From positions 1-38,615 of the IMG/VR virus record IMGVR_UViG_3300002461_000316: 38,615 bases of DNA; one strand, written 5' to 3'. A program made the position numbers and the translations under genes. Source of the stretch: a virus. The notes under the pieces were generated by a model. It was not told the DNA's origin and did not search any database. It saw nothing but the letters and a program-made list of their open reading frames with translations. This document shows, piece after piece, positions 26,121 to 33,414 of this stretch; the stretch's first letter is position 1; each line of letters starts with the position of its first letter.

Positions 26121-27683
26121 TCAGTGGACGAATGTCCTCTGTCGCGCCAGCCTCTCCCTCTCCTCCGAGTCCATCTTGTCCAACCAGTCCATCGTCCACT
26201 GTTTCGGCCCCTTCACTTTGCGCTTCGTTGGGATTGCCCGGGCCTTCGGCCTGGACATGCATGCGTACCTGACCTCGTCGATCGGGTGATCCTCCTGGTC
26301 GGTGTCGATGTCCTCGACCTTGAGCTCGTCGTGCTGGACGGCCTGGATGACGCGTATGCCATCGGGCTGGTTGTCCATGAGGAACAGCGAGGCGCTGCTC
26401 GGATCGTCTGGGTCTTCGCGCAGGCGCTGCCTGAGCTGATCCCAGCCAGGCTCGCGACGCTTGTCGGCCTTGCGCATGGGCAGCGTGCGGCCGTGGTGCT
26501 TGACCTTCATCGCCCGCTCGGCGAGCGACGGGCCGCCGTCCTCGGCCCACATCTGCGTGTCACAGACGACGTACTCGAGCTTCTCGTCTGCTGGCGTGCG
26601 CTCCATGACGCCCTTGGCCCACGCCTGCACGTTGAGCTTGAGGCCGACGTTGTTCTGGTCCGGCTTCGACCCGTACCACTCCCGGTATCGCACGAGCGAC
26701 CCACGCGGGACGACGATGCGGTTGCCCAGCATGCCCTCGGCCACCCAGTCGTCGGCGGCGATTGCGTACCAGCCGACGCTGAACGGCTTGGCGCTGCCCC
26801 AGTCGACCGCCGCGAATCGCTTGGTGAAGATATTGTCGGGGAGCGTCTTCGCCTTCAGCACGTGGTGCTCGAGCGAGAACTCGGGGAAGAACCCGCCGGC
26901 CAGGATGTTCCAGTCGCCGAGCTCCATCGCCTTGACCAGTGCCGGGTCGCCCAGACCGCGCATGCGGTTGACATAGGTCGGGTCGGCCTCGACGCCTCGC
27001 GGGTTGTCGGTCAGACGCGCGGGGATGTACTGGCGGATCATGCCGCCCTCGATCTGCTTGGTGCGCCTGGGCTCGGTCGCGTGCGGCACGTCGATGAAGG
27101 TGCGCTTCACCCAGTGGTGCCCGACGTTGCCGGGGTTCGATCCGCACAGGATCCGCGGGAAGACGTTCTGCTGCAGCACCGAGCCGTCCGGCATCACGTG
27201 CCCTTCGCGGTAGTGTGCCGGCAGGTCGATGTTGACCATCCGCACCCGGAAGCGCAGGTAGCGGTAGATCGACTCGGTGAACGTGGTGAGCTCGTCGATC
27301 ATCAGCACGTGGATCTCGGAGCCGTGGTACTTGTACTTGTGCTCCTCGTCCTTGCAGTGGCAGAGGAAGATGCGACTGCCGTTGGTGAAGCGGATCTCGC
27401 CTTGCAGCACCTTCGCCCACGGCTTGTCGGCGAGCATGTTGCGGAACCCGGTCGGCCCCTCGACGTGGTTCTTCACGAGGTCGTCCTCGACCCGGCGGAA
27501 GATGTAGGCCTGCAGCCCCGGGATCTCGATGCACCAGGAGATCGCCGCCTGGCGCATGAGGTGCGACTTGCCGCCGAACGCGGCGCCGCCGTAGAGGATC
27601 TCGGTCGCCGGCGAGCGATAGCAGTACAGCTGCTTCGGCTGCAGGTTGGCCTTCCACTGCGGTGGCGTACCGTCGAACGGCAT
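26121..27683 (-). CDS. terL: Terminase large subunit, 520 aa
   Basis: Walker A-like GGAAFGGKSH near the N-terminus, size, and position directly after terS. GGAGGAG SD. Confidence 0.85.
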   Translation of the reverse strand: MPFDGTPPQWKANLQPKQLYCYRSPATEILYGGAAFGGKSHLMRQAAISWCIEIPGLQAYIFRRVEDDLVKNHVEGPTGFRNMLADKPWAKVLQGEIRFTNGSRIFLCHCKDEEHKYKYHGSEIHVLMIDELTTFTESIYRYLRFRVRMVNIDLPAHYREGHVMPDGSVLQQNVFPRILCGSNPGNVGHHWVKRTFIDVPHATEPRRTKQIEGGMIRQYIPARLTDNPRGVEADPTYVNRMRGLGDPALVKAMELGDWNILAGGFFPEFSLEHHVLKAKTLPDNIFTKRFAAVDWGSAKPFSVGWYAIAADDWVAEGMLGNRIVVPRGSLVRYREWYGSKPDQNNVGLKLNVQAWAKGVMERTPADEKLEYVVCDTQMWAEDGGPSLAERAMKVKHHGRTLPMRKADKRREPGWDQLRQRLREDPDDPSSASLFLMDNQPDGIRVIQAVQHDELKVEDIDTDQEDHPIDEVRYACMSRPKARAIPTKRKVKGPKQWTMDWLDKMDSEERERLARQRTFVH

Positions 27684-27689
27684 GCTGCG

Positions 27690-28301
27690 CTACTCCTCCG
27701 TGATGCCCTGCTCCTCGAGCGAGAGCACGCGGAAGCTCTGGTCGAGGGGCTGACCCTGCACGTTGATGATCACGGTCGCCGGTACCGCGGTCTGGTTGCC
27801 CTGCTGGTCGCGATCGACCGGCGAGCCCAGCTTGTCGAGCACTGCGTCGGCGGCCGCCTTCTTCGACTCAAACTCGAGCTCGGTGATCACCCCGGCGTCG
27901 AACTTGATCTTGCGGATGCACGAGGCCTGCTCGAATGTGAGCGCCTTGATGCCGACGAACCGCCCCTGGTCGTCGACGAAGTCGCGCCGATCGCTGTCGA
28001 GGATGTCGTTGTACGTGCGCAGCGCCTTCTCGACCATGTCGGGGAACTGCTTGGGCAGCTCCGAGCGCATGATCTCCAGGTGCGCCTGCACGTGCGAGCG
28101 GCGCAGGATCTCGTAGCCGCGCACCCCGGGGTTGCTCGGGTGCTTGCCGCCCTCCTCGCCCTTGACGCCCATCCTGCGGGCCGCCTCGGAGGCGTTGAAG
28201 TTGCAGCGCAGGTAGTGCTCGAGGAACGTCTTCTCGACGATCGACAGCGGCCTGAGCGCCGGCTTCTTCGCCGGCTTGGCCGGCAGCGTCTTGCTCGCCA
28301 T
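27690..28301 (-). CDS. terS: Terminase small subunit (Terminase_2-like), 203 aa
   Basis: LSIVEKTFLEHYLRCNFNASEAARRMGV...GYEILRRSHVQAHLE matches the conserved N-terminal HTH pattern of small terminase subunits. ATG at 28301 abuts the upstream stop (TGATG). Confidence 0.75.
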   Translation of the reverse strand: MASKTLPAKPAKKPALRPLSIVEKTFLEHYLRCNFNASEAARRMGVKGEEGGKHPSNPGVRGYEILRRSHVQAHLEIMRSELPKQFPDMVEKALRTYNDILDSDRRDFVDDQGRFVGIKALTFEQASCIRKIKFDAGVITELEFESKKAAADAVLDKLGSPVDRDQQGNQTAVPATVIINVQGQPLDQSFRVLSLEEQGITEE

Positions 28302-28564
28302 CAGTTGAACCTCTGGCCCGGCAAAGGCGCGGCCGCCTCGAGTTTGAACGCCCCCAGCACATGCTCGTGCCCGACGTGCGCGAGGTTCCACAGTTCCGCG
28401 GGCAACCCGATGTAGCGGTACATCACCGTGTCGCCATCGCATGCGTACAGGATCAGCGTGTCCACCTTCTTGCCCGCCATGTCGAGCAGCAGCTGGCGGA
28501 TCTCGGCGAGGATCTTCTCCCGCAGCTGCTCTTCGTTTTCGGCCTGCTCGATCACTGTCGTCAT
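28301..28564 (-). CDS. Hypothetical protein, 87 aa
   Basis: ATG at 28564 (ATGA overlap). MTTVIEQAENEEQLREKILAEIRQLLLDMAGKK... Confidence 0.5.
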   Translation of the reverse strand: MTTVIEQAENEEQLREKILAEIRQLLLDMAGKKVDTLILYACDGDTVMYRYIGLPAELWNLAHVGHEHVLGAFKLEAAAPLPGQRFN

Positions 28565-28836
28565 CCCATTGCTCCGAATCGTGTGCCCGTGCGCAGGAAG
28601 CCCGTGCGAGGGCGTGGTCGCTTCATCGAGCTGCGGTGCCCGCCCATGTGGTAGAGCCCGCAGAACTCGCACTTGTACGCGCTGACCCGCCCAGCATCGG
28701 GACGGCGCAGGATCGCGTCGGTCGGGTTGAGGAACACCCGCTTGCCCTGGCACTCGACCAGGCGCCGGCGCTCCCGGTGGATGTGGGCCTCGAGCTTCTC
28801 GATCACCTTGGCCCAGTCGACCTGCGCGCCGCTCAC
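28561..28836 (-). CDS. Hypothetical small protein with CxxC motif, 91 aa
   Basis: GTG at 28836 overlaps the RuvC-like stop (GTGA). ...ECQGKRVFLN...YKCEFCGLYHMGGH. Confidence 0.45.
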   Translation of the reverse strand: MSGAQVDWAKVIEKLEAHIHRERRRLVECQGKRVFLNPTDAILRRPDAGRVSAYKCEFCGLYHMGGHRSSMKRPRPRTGFLRTGTRFGAMG

Positions 28837-29360
28837 GCCGCGAGCTCCAGCTTGGGCCGCTCGCCGAGGAACGAGTCGGCCAGGCGGGACTGCTGCGCGC
28901 CGTAGCGGGCCAGGAGGATCGCCTCTGCCCTGCCGTGGTCCTTCTTGCGCGCCAGCGCTTCGCAGCCCGGGTACAGCCGGATGGCCGCGGCCCGTGCCGC
29001 GTTCTTGTCGCTGTCGAGCGCGTAGGAGCGCTTCCAGGTCTTCGGATGCACGCGCTGCACCGAGAGACCGATCGCTTCGCACACGCCGCGGATGCAGCCG
29101 CGGGTGTCGCCCAGGCTGAACATCGAGCTCACGCCCTGCCCTGGCATCGCGCCGACTTCCTCGATCCACACCTCGGCGATGTCGACGACATGCAGCCGCA
29201 GAAGCCTGGCGAGTCCGACGCCGTCGACCTCGTTGGCCTTGCGCGCCTTCTTGCCGGCGTCGCGGATCGGCATGTCGACCACCCACTGCAGCGAGCCGCT
29301 CGGCGTGACGGCTGCGAGTGCCCCGGTGATGCCCGGATCGATTCCCACGATCAGTCCCAT
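28833..29360 (-). CDS. RuvC-like Holliday junction resolvase, 175 aa
   Basis: MGLIVGIDPGITGALA carries the RuvC N-terminal catalytic Asp motif. It has a central acidic residue (EEVGAMPGQG) and C-terminal GRAEAILLARYG. GGAGGTGG SD upstream of ATG 29360. Confidence 0.75.
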   Translation of the reverse strand: MGLIVGIDPGITGALAAVTPSGSLQWVVDMPIRDAGKKARKANEVDGVGLARLLRLHVVDIAEVWIEEVGAMPGQGVSSMFSLGDTRGCIRGVCEAIGLSVQRVHPKTWKRSYALDSDKNAARAAAIRLYPGCEALARKKDHGRAEAILLARYGAQQSRLADSFLGERPKLELAA

Positions 29361-29557
29361 GCTGCCCACCTCCACTGTTCGACCTCCTGTCGCGTCGCCC
29401 GACGAACCATTCGCCGGGTCATCACGCTGGGGTACTGCCGGTGCTCGAGCACAGGCGCGCCGCGCTTGATCACCTCCACAACCTTGCTCATCGTGCTCGG
29501 CTCCGGGGGCGTCGCGACCCATGCCACGCCGTCGGCATCGAAGACGATGTCGATCAC
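29351..29557 (-). CDS. Hypothetical protein, 68 aa
   Basis: GTG at 29557. Overlaps the RuvC-like start by 10 nt. No recognised motif. Confidence 0.4.
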   Translation of the reverse strand: MIDIVFDADGVAWVATPPEPSTMSKVVEVIKRGAPVLEHRQYPSVMTRRMVRRATRQEVEQWRWAAWD

Positions 29558-29573
29558 GCCTGCGCCCTTCTTC

Positions 29574-29611
29574 TGTCACCCCTTGACATCACTGTCACCG
29601 GGTGACACAAT
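29574..29611 (+). promoter_or_regulatory. Sigma70-like promoter with two TGTCA-N5-TGACA inverted repeats (operator candidates) driving the plus-strand cassette
   Basis: TTGACA (29583-29588), 17 nt, then CACAAT (29606-29611). IR1 TGTCAcccctTGACA (29574-29588) overlaps the -35. IR2 TGTCACCgGGTGACA (29593-29607) is a perfect 15-bp palindrome filling the spacer and reaching the -10. Confidence 0.6.
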
Positions 29612-29658
29612 GACTGCACGGTGATCGATTGATGACCGACAACGAAACGGAGATGACA

Positions 29659-29868
29659 ATGAGCAAAATCGAAATCGCAGTCGACACCCCCGAGTCCGAG
29701 CAGTTTTGCGCCTGGCTCAACGCCCAGGGGCATGACGCCAGCGTCGGAAATAGCACCGGCAACTACATCGACGGCGTGCTGTGCCATGGCCGACAGGACG
29801 ACGACGGTGAGGCGGGAACCGCGATGAACTCTCTGTGGACCGCCTACTGCGACCAGCCCGCCGCCTAA
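29659..29868 (+). CDS. Small strongly acidic protein, 69 aa (cassette gene 1)
   Basis: GGAG lies 6 nt upstream of ATG 29659. MSKIEIAVDTPESEQFCAWLNAQGHDAS...GRQDDDGEAG has 11 D/E against 2 K/R (counted by hand). Confidence 0.55.
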   Translation: MSKIEIAVDTPESEQFCAWLNAQGHDASVGNSTGNYIDGVLCHGRQDDDGEAGTAMNSLWTAYCDQPAA

Positions 29869-29892
29869 CCCACCCAACCCAAGGAGACGAAC

Positions 29893-30204
29893 ATGCAAGC
29901 CAACCAAGCCATCGACTACCTGCAAACCTGCCAAGCCATCCCGGCGCGCGCCATGTCCAAGCCCATGTTTCGCCTCGTTCGCGCCGCCGCCCGTTGCGCC
30001 GACCGCGCTTACCCCGGCATGGCTGGCTACTATGATCCCGAATACGACGGCCCTCGCGCCGACATCAACGCGTTCCGGTTTGCCGCCCCTTGGTCCGCTG
30101 ACGTGATCCCGCAGTCGCCGCGTCTGCAAGCCCTGCTGGCCGAGCGGTTCCCGGTTGCCGATCCGTGGTCTAACGCCAACTTTTTCGCCAAGCTCGTCCT
30201 GTAA
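29893..30204 (+). CDS. Hypothetical protein, 103 aa (cassette gene 2)
   Basis: AAGGAG SD lies 6 nt upstream of the ATG. No recognised motif. Confidence 0.55.
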   Translation: MQANQAIDYLQTCQAIPARAMSKPMFRLVRAAARCADRAYPGMAGYYDPEYDGPRADINAFRFAAPWSADVIPQSPRLQALLAERFPVADPWSNANFFAKLVL

Positions 30205-30207
30205 CCC

Positions 30208-30426
30208 ATGACCCCGCGCGCATTCGATGCGGCCCTCGCCGCCACGCGCATGGACCCGACCGGCAGCACCGCTCGTGCTTGCCGGCTGGTTCTGGTCGAC
30301 GGCCAGAGCCGGGAAAAGGCCGCGCAAGCCGCCGGCATTGATCGTGCGGCCGTCTCTCGAGCCGTCGCCAAGCTGATGCCGAGGCATCGCTGCCCGCACT
30401 GCCACGGCACCGGCTACACGTCCTAG
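30208..30426 (+). CDS. TrfB/KorA-like HTH transcriptional regulator with C-terminal CxxC-H motif, 72 aa (cassette gene 3)
   Basis: ARACRLVLVDGQSREKAAQAAGIDRAAVSRAVAKL resembles IncP KorA as I recall it (ARGVLVDGKPQATFATSLGLTRGAVSQAVHRV). The protein ends ...HRCPHCHGTGYTS. Confidence 0.55.
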   Translation: MTPRAFDAALAATRMDPTGSTARACRLVLVDGQSREKAAQAAGIDRAAVSRAVAKLMPRHRCPHCHGTGYTS

Positions 30427-30428
30427 CA

Positions 30429-30884
30429 TCACGACTCCACCCCCGCGAGCTCGAGGCCCGCTTCCCGATCTGCCTCGATCTCGCGGATAAGCCAGTACTG
30501 CGGGAGGGCGCCCCAGTGCCGCTCGAGCTCCCAGGGCGGCGGCCCGAGGGCCATCCGCTCGAGCCTTCTGCGCTTGGCGTTGGCGGCTCTCTCGGCCTGG
30601 CTCTTGGCGAGCGTGCGCAGTTCCGCCTCGATGCGGTCGAGCTCCTCGAGCACCCTGGTCAGCGGCACGGTCAGCCGGTAGGTCGCCGGCGTGTGCTGGT
30701 GCTGCCCGCTGCCGGCGGCGAATCCCTGCTTGCGCAGCCAGTAGATCGCGTTCTTCGCCGGCGCCTCGTCGATCCGCAGCCGCTCCAGCAGCACGCGCCT
30801 GGTCGTGGGTCCACCGCAGAGCTCGCGCGCGATGTTGGCGATGTGCGCGGGTGGCCGGCGGGTGCGGGGCATCGAGTGCGTCAT
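30429..30884 (-). CDS. Winged-helix-like DNA-binding protein (replication/regulatory accessory), about 151 aa
   Basis: ATG at 30884 (the track start at 30956 is a GTG overlapping the upstream gene). ...RRVLLERLRIDEAPAKNAIYWLRKQGFAAGSG... is followed by a coiled-coil. Confidence 0.4.
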   Translation of the reverse strand: MTHSMPRTRRPPAHIANIARELCGGPTTRRVLLERLRIDEAPAKNAIYWLRKQGFAAGSGQHQHTPATYRLTVPLTRVLEELDRIEAELRTLAKSQAERAANAKRRRLERMALGPPPWELERHWGALPQYWLIREIEADREAGLELAGVES

Positions 30885-30934
30885 GCCGCCACCTGAGCCG
30901 GATTCTGAGGCCGCTTGATGGGCATCAGACGCCT

Positions 30935-31138
30935 CTAGATCGAGCACCACTCCCACTCACGCTCAGGCCTGCGAGGCCGCGGCGGCAGGGCATTGCCGAC
31001 GCCGTAGGGCCTGCGGTCCTGCACGATCTCGGCATGCTCGCGGCAGTACCAGGGTCCGCTGCCTGTGGTGCTGTTGATCGCCACGACGCCGGTGTGCATG
31101 CATGGCACGCCGCTGCGGTTGTCTACGAAGTCGCACAT
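30935..31138 (-). CDS. Small Cys-containing protein, 67 aa
   Basis: GAGGGAG SD lies 6 nt upstream of ATG 31138. MCDFVDNRSGVPCMHTGVVAINSTTGSGPWYCREHAEIV... Confidence 0.5.
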   Translation of the reverse strand: MCDFVDNRSGVPCMHTGVVAINSTTGSGPWYCREHAEIVQDRRPYGVGNALPPRPRRPEREWEWCSI

Positions 31139-32148
31139 GCTTTGCTCCCTCTGAGCTTGTCGAAGATCTTGGTCTTGAGGCTGTCGTAGGTGTCGCTCTG
31201 CAGCGCGTGGATGCCGAGCTCGCGGGCCTTGCGGTCGATCGACTGCGGGGAGGTCCACCAGGCGTCTGTGGGCGCCTTGCGCTCCGGTGGCGCAGGCGGG
31301 TGCAGGATGTCCTGCACGATCGCGTCGAGGTACTTGGCGGGGATGAGCGCAGGGGCTGGCTTCTGCAGCCTGGCTCGCTCGACAGCGTCGTCGAGCTGGG
31401 CGTCGGTGATGCCTGCCTCGGCCCACTGCTGCACGACCGGGTGTTGGCCTGTGACCTGAACACCAGCAGCGCGCGCACGGGCGGCGATGGCACCGGCGCG
31501 GGTCGGAGACACCAGGGTCGGGGCTATAGCGCGCTGCTTTTGATTTTGAAGTTTAAGGTCTTGTCCTGTCTTGTCCTGTCCTGTCTCTTCTACAGGAGAC
31601 CCTAAGGAGTCCTTACGCTCTGCTTGTTGCACTCCATGTTGGAGTCCTTGTTGGACTCCTTGTTGGATCGACGAAGGAGATCCCGAAGCAGCGCCTCTTC
31701 CGCCTTCCGAGCCGCCTTTGCCCGTTCCAGGTTCATTGCCGTTATGACTTGCAGCCCACCGTCTTTCATTTGCTTTCGCGCTCCGTTCCTTGAACTTTTT
31801 CCGACGCTCCCATGCCTCGTTCGCCTCCTCGCACAGCACCCTGTGGTACAGGCGACCATCCGAGCATTTGACGAAGCCGCGCAGCGCCATGCTCTTGACC
31901 TTCCCCCATCTTGGGCCGGCACCGCTGAACGCGCGCAGCACCCGCTCGTCATCGGGCAATGACCCCGGGGGCGTCTGCTTCCAGGCTCGGCACCACAACA
32001 TCATCGCCGCCCAACACTCCTCGGGCGTTCCCAGCGCAACGAGCTCGGAAGCCATGAGCCGGTCGACGTTGAGCATGAAGCCGCTGAAGCCGCACAGGTC
32101 GACGTCTGCTGCGACAAGTGGGGCAGGTAGTTCACTCATGGTCACCAT
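31123..32148 (-). CDS. DUF1376 (YdaU)-type phage replication protein, 341 aa
   Basis: The N-terminal region FMLNVDRLMASELVALGTPEECWAAMMLWCRAWKQTPPGSLPDDERVLRAF fits the DUF1376 pattern. The central low-complexity linker is encoded by the iteron block. The C-terminus is helical. Confidence 0.6.
   Translation of the reverse strand: MVTMSELPAPLVAADVDLCGFSGFMLNVDRLMASELVALGTPEECWAAMMLWCRAWKQTPPGSLPDDERVLRAFSGAGPRWGKVKSMALRGFVKCSDGRLYHRVLCEEANEAWERRKKFKERSAKANERRWAASHNGNEPGTGKGGSEGGRGAASGSPSSIQQGVQQGLQHGVQQAERKDSLGSPVEETGQDKTGQDLKLQNQKQRAIAPTLVSPTRAGAIAARARAAGVQVTGQHPVVQQWAEAGITDAQLDDAVERARLQKPAPALIPAKYLDAIVQDILHPPAPPERKAPTDAWWTSPQSIDRKARELGIHALQSDTYDSLKTKIFDKLRGSKACATS
31533..31667. promoter_or_regulatory. 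Candidate origin of replication: AT-rich stretch plus tandem short repeats inside the replication gene
   Basis: AT-rich ctgcttttgattttgaagtttaaggtc (31533-31560). gtcttgtcctgtcttgtcctgtcctgtctc (31558-31587). Four tandem 12-mers: ctgcttgttgca, ctccatgttgga, gtccttgttgga, ctccttgttgga (31620-31667). Confidence 0.55.
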
Positions 32149-32360
32149 CCGTAGAGATTGCGCGCCCCCGGGTAGGGCCGCGGCGTGATTGCGGTGTCAT
32201 CGGCCCCCTGCTGCTTTGGGCTGGGCTTGAGCCTGGCCTCGCGCTGCCAGCGGTAGGCTGTCGAGCAGCCGATCCCGAGCGCCTCGGCGACATGCCATGG
32301 GCTCTCGCCCGCGGCGAGCAGGGCCTCCGCGGCGCGTCGGATGTGGGACGAGCAACTCAC
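32142..32360 (-). CDS. Small HTH protein, 72 aa (in the cII-like position)
   Basis: GTG at 32360 overlaps the Cro-like stop (GTGA). AAGESPWHVAEALGIGCSTAYRWQRE is an HTH. Confidence 0.55.
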   Translation of the reverse strand: MSCSSHIRRAAEALLAAGESPWHVAEALGIGCSTAYRWQREARLKPSPKQQGADDTAITPRPYPGARNLYGW

Positions 32361-32617
32361 CCGGCCTCTCGGAGTGAGGCCACCACGCGGGGGCGGCGCC
32401 GGCGTGGCACGATCGGTGCTACCACCGACGCGAGCTCAGGGAAAAAGTCCAGAACCGTGACCTTGTGCCCTGTCAGCTGCTGTATGGCGATGGCATGCTT
32501 GAGAGGTACGCGGCCGCGCCAGGTCCAGTTCGTGACCGCCGTCGGCACGACGCCCAGTTGGTTGGCCAGGTCCGCTGTGGACCCGGCGATTTCGATGGCT
32601 GTCTTTAGAGGAGTCAT
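32357..32617 (-). CDS. Cro/YdaS-like HTH regulator, 86 aa
   Basis: MTPLKTAIEIAGSTADLANQLGVVPTAVTNWTWRGRVP is the YdaS/Cro-type HTH pattern. It is divergent from the cI-like gene. ATG 32617 is preferred over 32662 because promoter and operator motifs occupy 32626-32669. Confidence 0.7.
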   Translation of the reverse strand: MTPLKTAIEIAGSTADLANQLGVVPTAVTNWTWRGRVPLKHAIAIQQLTGHKVTVLDFFPELASVVAPIVPRRRRPRVVASLREAG

Positions 32618-32730
32618 AGCTCGTGAGGATACACACCGTGGGTGTTCTTTGTCAATCACCATACGTTGCTGGCAACGAGCCAGCGTCAGAGGCTATAACT
32701 ACGCCTTGCACACGATTGGTGATTCACGAG
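32618..32730. promoter_or_regulatory. Divergent immunity control region with three related operator-like 15/16-mers
   Basis: Site A CACACcgtGGGTGTT (32632-32646). Site D on the minus strand GCAACgtaTGGTGATT (32654-32669). Site C CACACgatTGGTGAT (32709-32723). The leftward promoter has -35 TTGACA (rc of 32650-32655), an 18-nt spacer and -10 TATCCT (rc of 32626-32631). That -10 ends 8 nt before ATG 32617, so the transcript is near-leaderless. Confidence 0.55.
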
Positions 32731-33102
32731 ATGTCTTTTTCCCAACGCCTCAAGCACTTCCGGGCGGCAGCTGGCCTCACGCAGCGCGCCCTCGGGAACG
32801 CCTGCGGCTGGGGCGAAGGGATGTCGGCTCAGTCGAGAGTCGGCAACTACGAGCAAGCGCTCCGCGAGCCGTACCTCACCGACATCGTCAAAATGGCCAA
32901 AGTCCTGGGTGTCTCGCCAGAGCTGCTCGCCTTCGGCGACCGATCCGAACTCACCGACGACGAGCTCGAGCTGCTGCAGGCCTACCGCCAGGCGGACAAG
33001 GATGGCCGGGCCAGCTTCAAGGCGCTGTCCAAGGCCTTGCAGCGCTCTACCGATCGACTGCGCCCTGTGGCGCCGAACGACGTGTCCACGAAACGTCGGT
33101 AA
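32731..33102 (+). CDS. cI-like XRE-family HTH repressor, 123 aa, no S24 peptidase domain
   Basis: MSFSQRLKHFRAAAGLTQRALGNACGWGEGMSAQSRVGNYEQALREPYLTDIVKMAKVLGVSPELLAFGD is an XRE HTH. The short C-terminus lacks the Ser/Lys autocleavage module. Confidence 0.75.
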   Translation: MSFSQRLKHFRAAAGLTQRALGNACGWGEGMSAQSRVGNYEQALREPYLTDIVKMAKVLGVSPELLAFGDRSELTDDELELLQAYRQADKDGRASFKALSKALQRSTDRLRPVAPNDVSTKRR

Positions 33103-33128
33103 GTGGTACCTGGTTTCGGTATTTTTTT
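33089..33128 (+). terminator. Intrinsic-terminator-like hairpin plus T7 run after the cI-like gene
   Basis: cgaaac (33089-33094) pairs with gtttcg (33113-33118). An inner ggta/tacc pairing follows, then gtaTTTTTTT (T run at 33122-33128). The stop codon lies in the loop. Confidence 0.5.
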
Positions 33129-33198
33129 CCGAAAGGGACTTGTCTCACCCGGCTGCGCGTGGCATCGTCTTAGGCCCTGCCCGCTCACCGAGGATGAG

Positions 33199-33372
33199 AT
33201 GCAGCAACCGCAACACCTGACGATCGAAGAGATCGCCGCCGTCTACGCCCTACGCTCCCTCACCCCCGCCCAGCGCACACTGGCTTACGCGTTCCTCGCC
33301 GAGATGTCCCGCGCGAACCCGCAGCCGACTGAGATCCCCGCCACAAGCAACGTCGTCCCGCTCCGCAGGTAA
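33199..33372 (+). CDS. Hypothetical small protein, 57 aa
   Basis: ATG at 33199 with GAGGA upstream. MQQPQHLTIEEIAAVYALRSLTPAQRTLAYAFLAEMSR... Confidence 0.4.
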   Translation: MQQPQHLTIEEIAAVYALRSLTPAQRTLAYAFLAEMSRANPQPTEIPATSNVVPLRR

Positions 33373-33414
33373 ACACCCATCGTCGGCCTGGCGCGCATTT
33401 GCGCGTCACAGAAT

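Noticed and set aside
32618-32662. N-terminal 15-aa extension of the Cro-like protein (ATG at 32662, MVIDKEHPRCVSSRA...).
   Set aside because: This stretch carries the -35, the -10 and two operator-like sites. YdaS/Cro-type proteins normally begin close to the MTPLK...AI motif.
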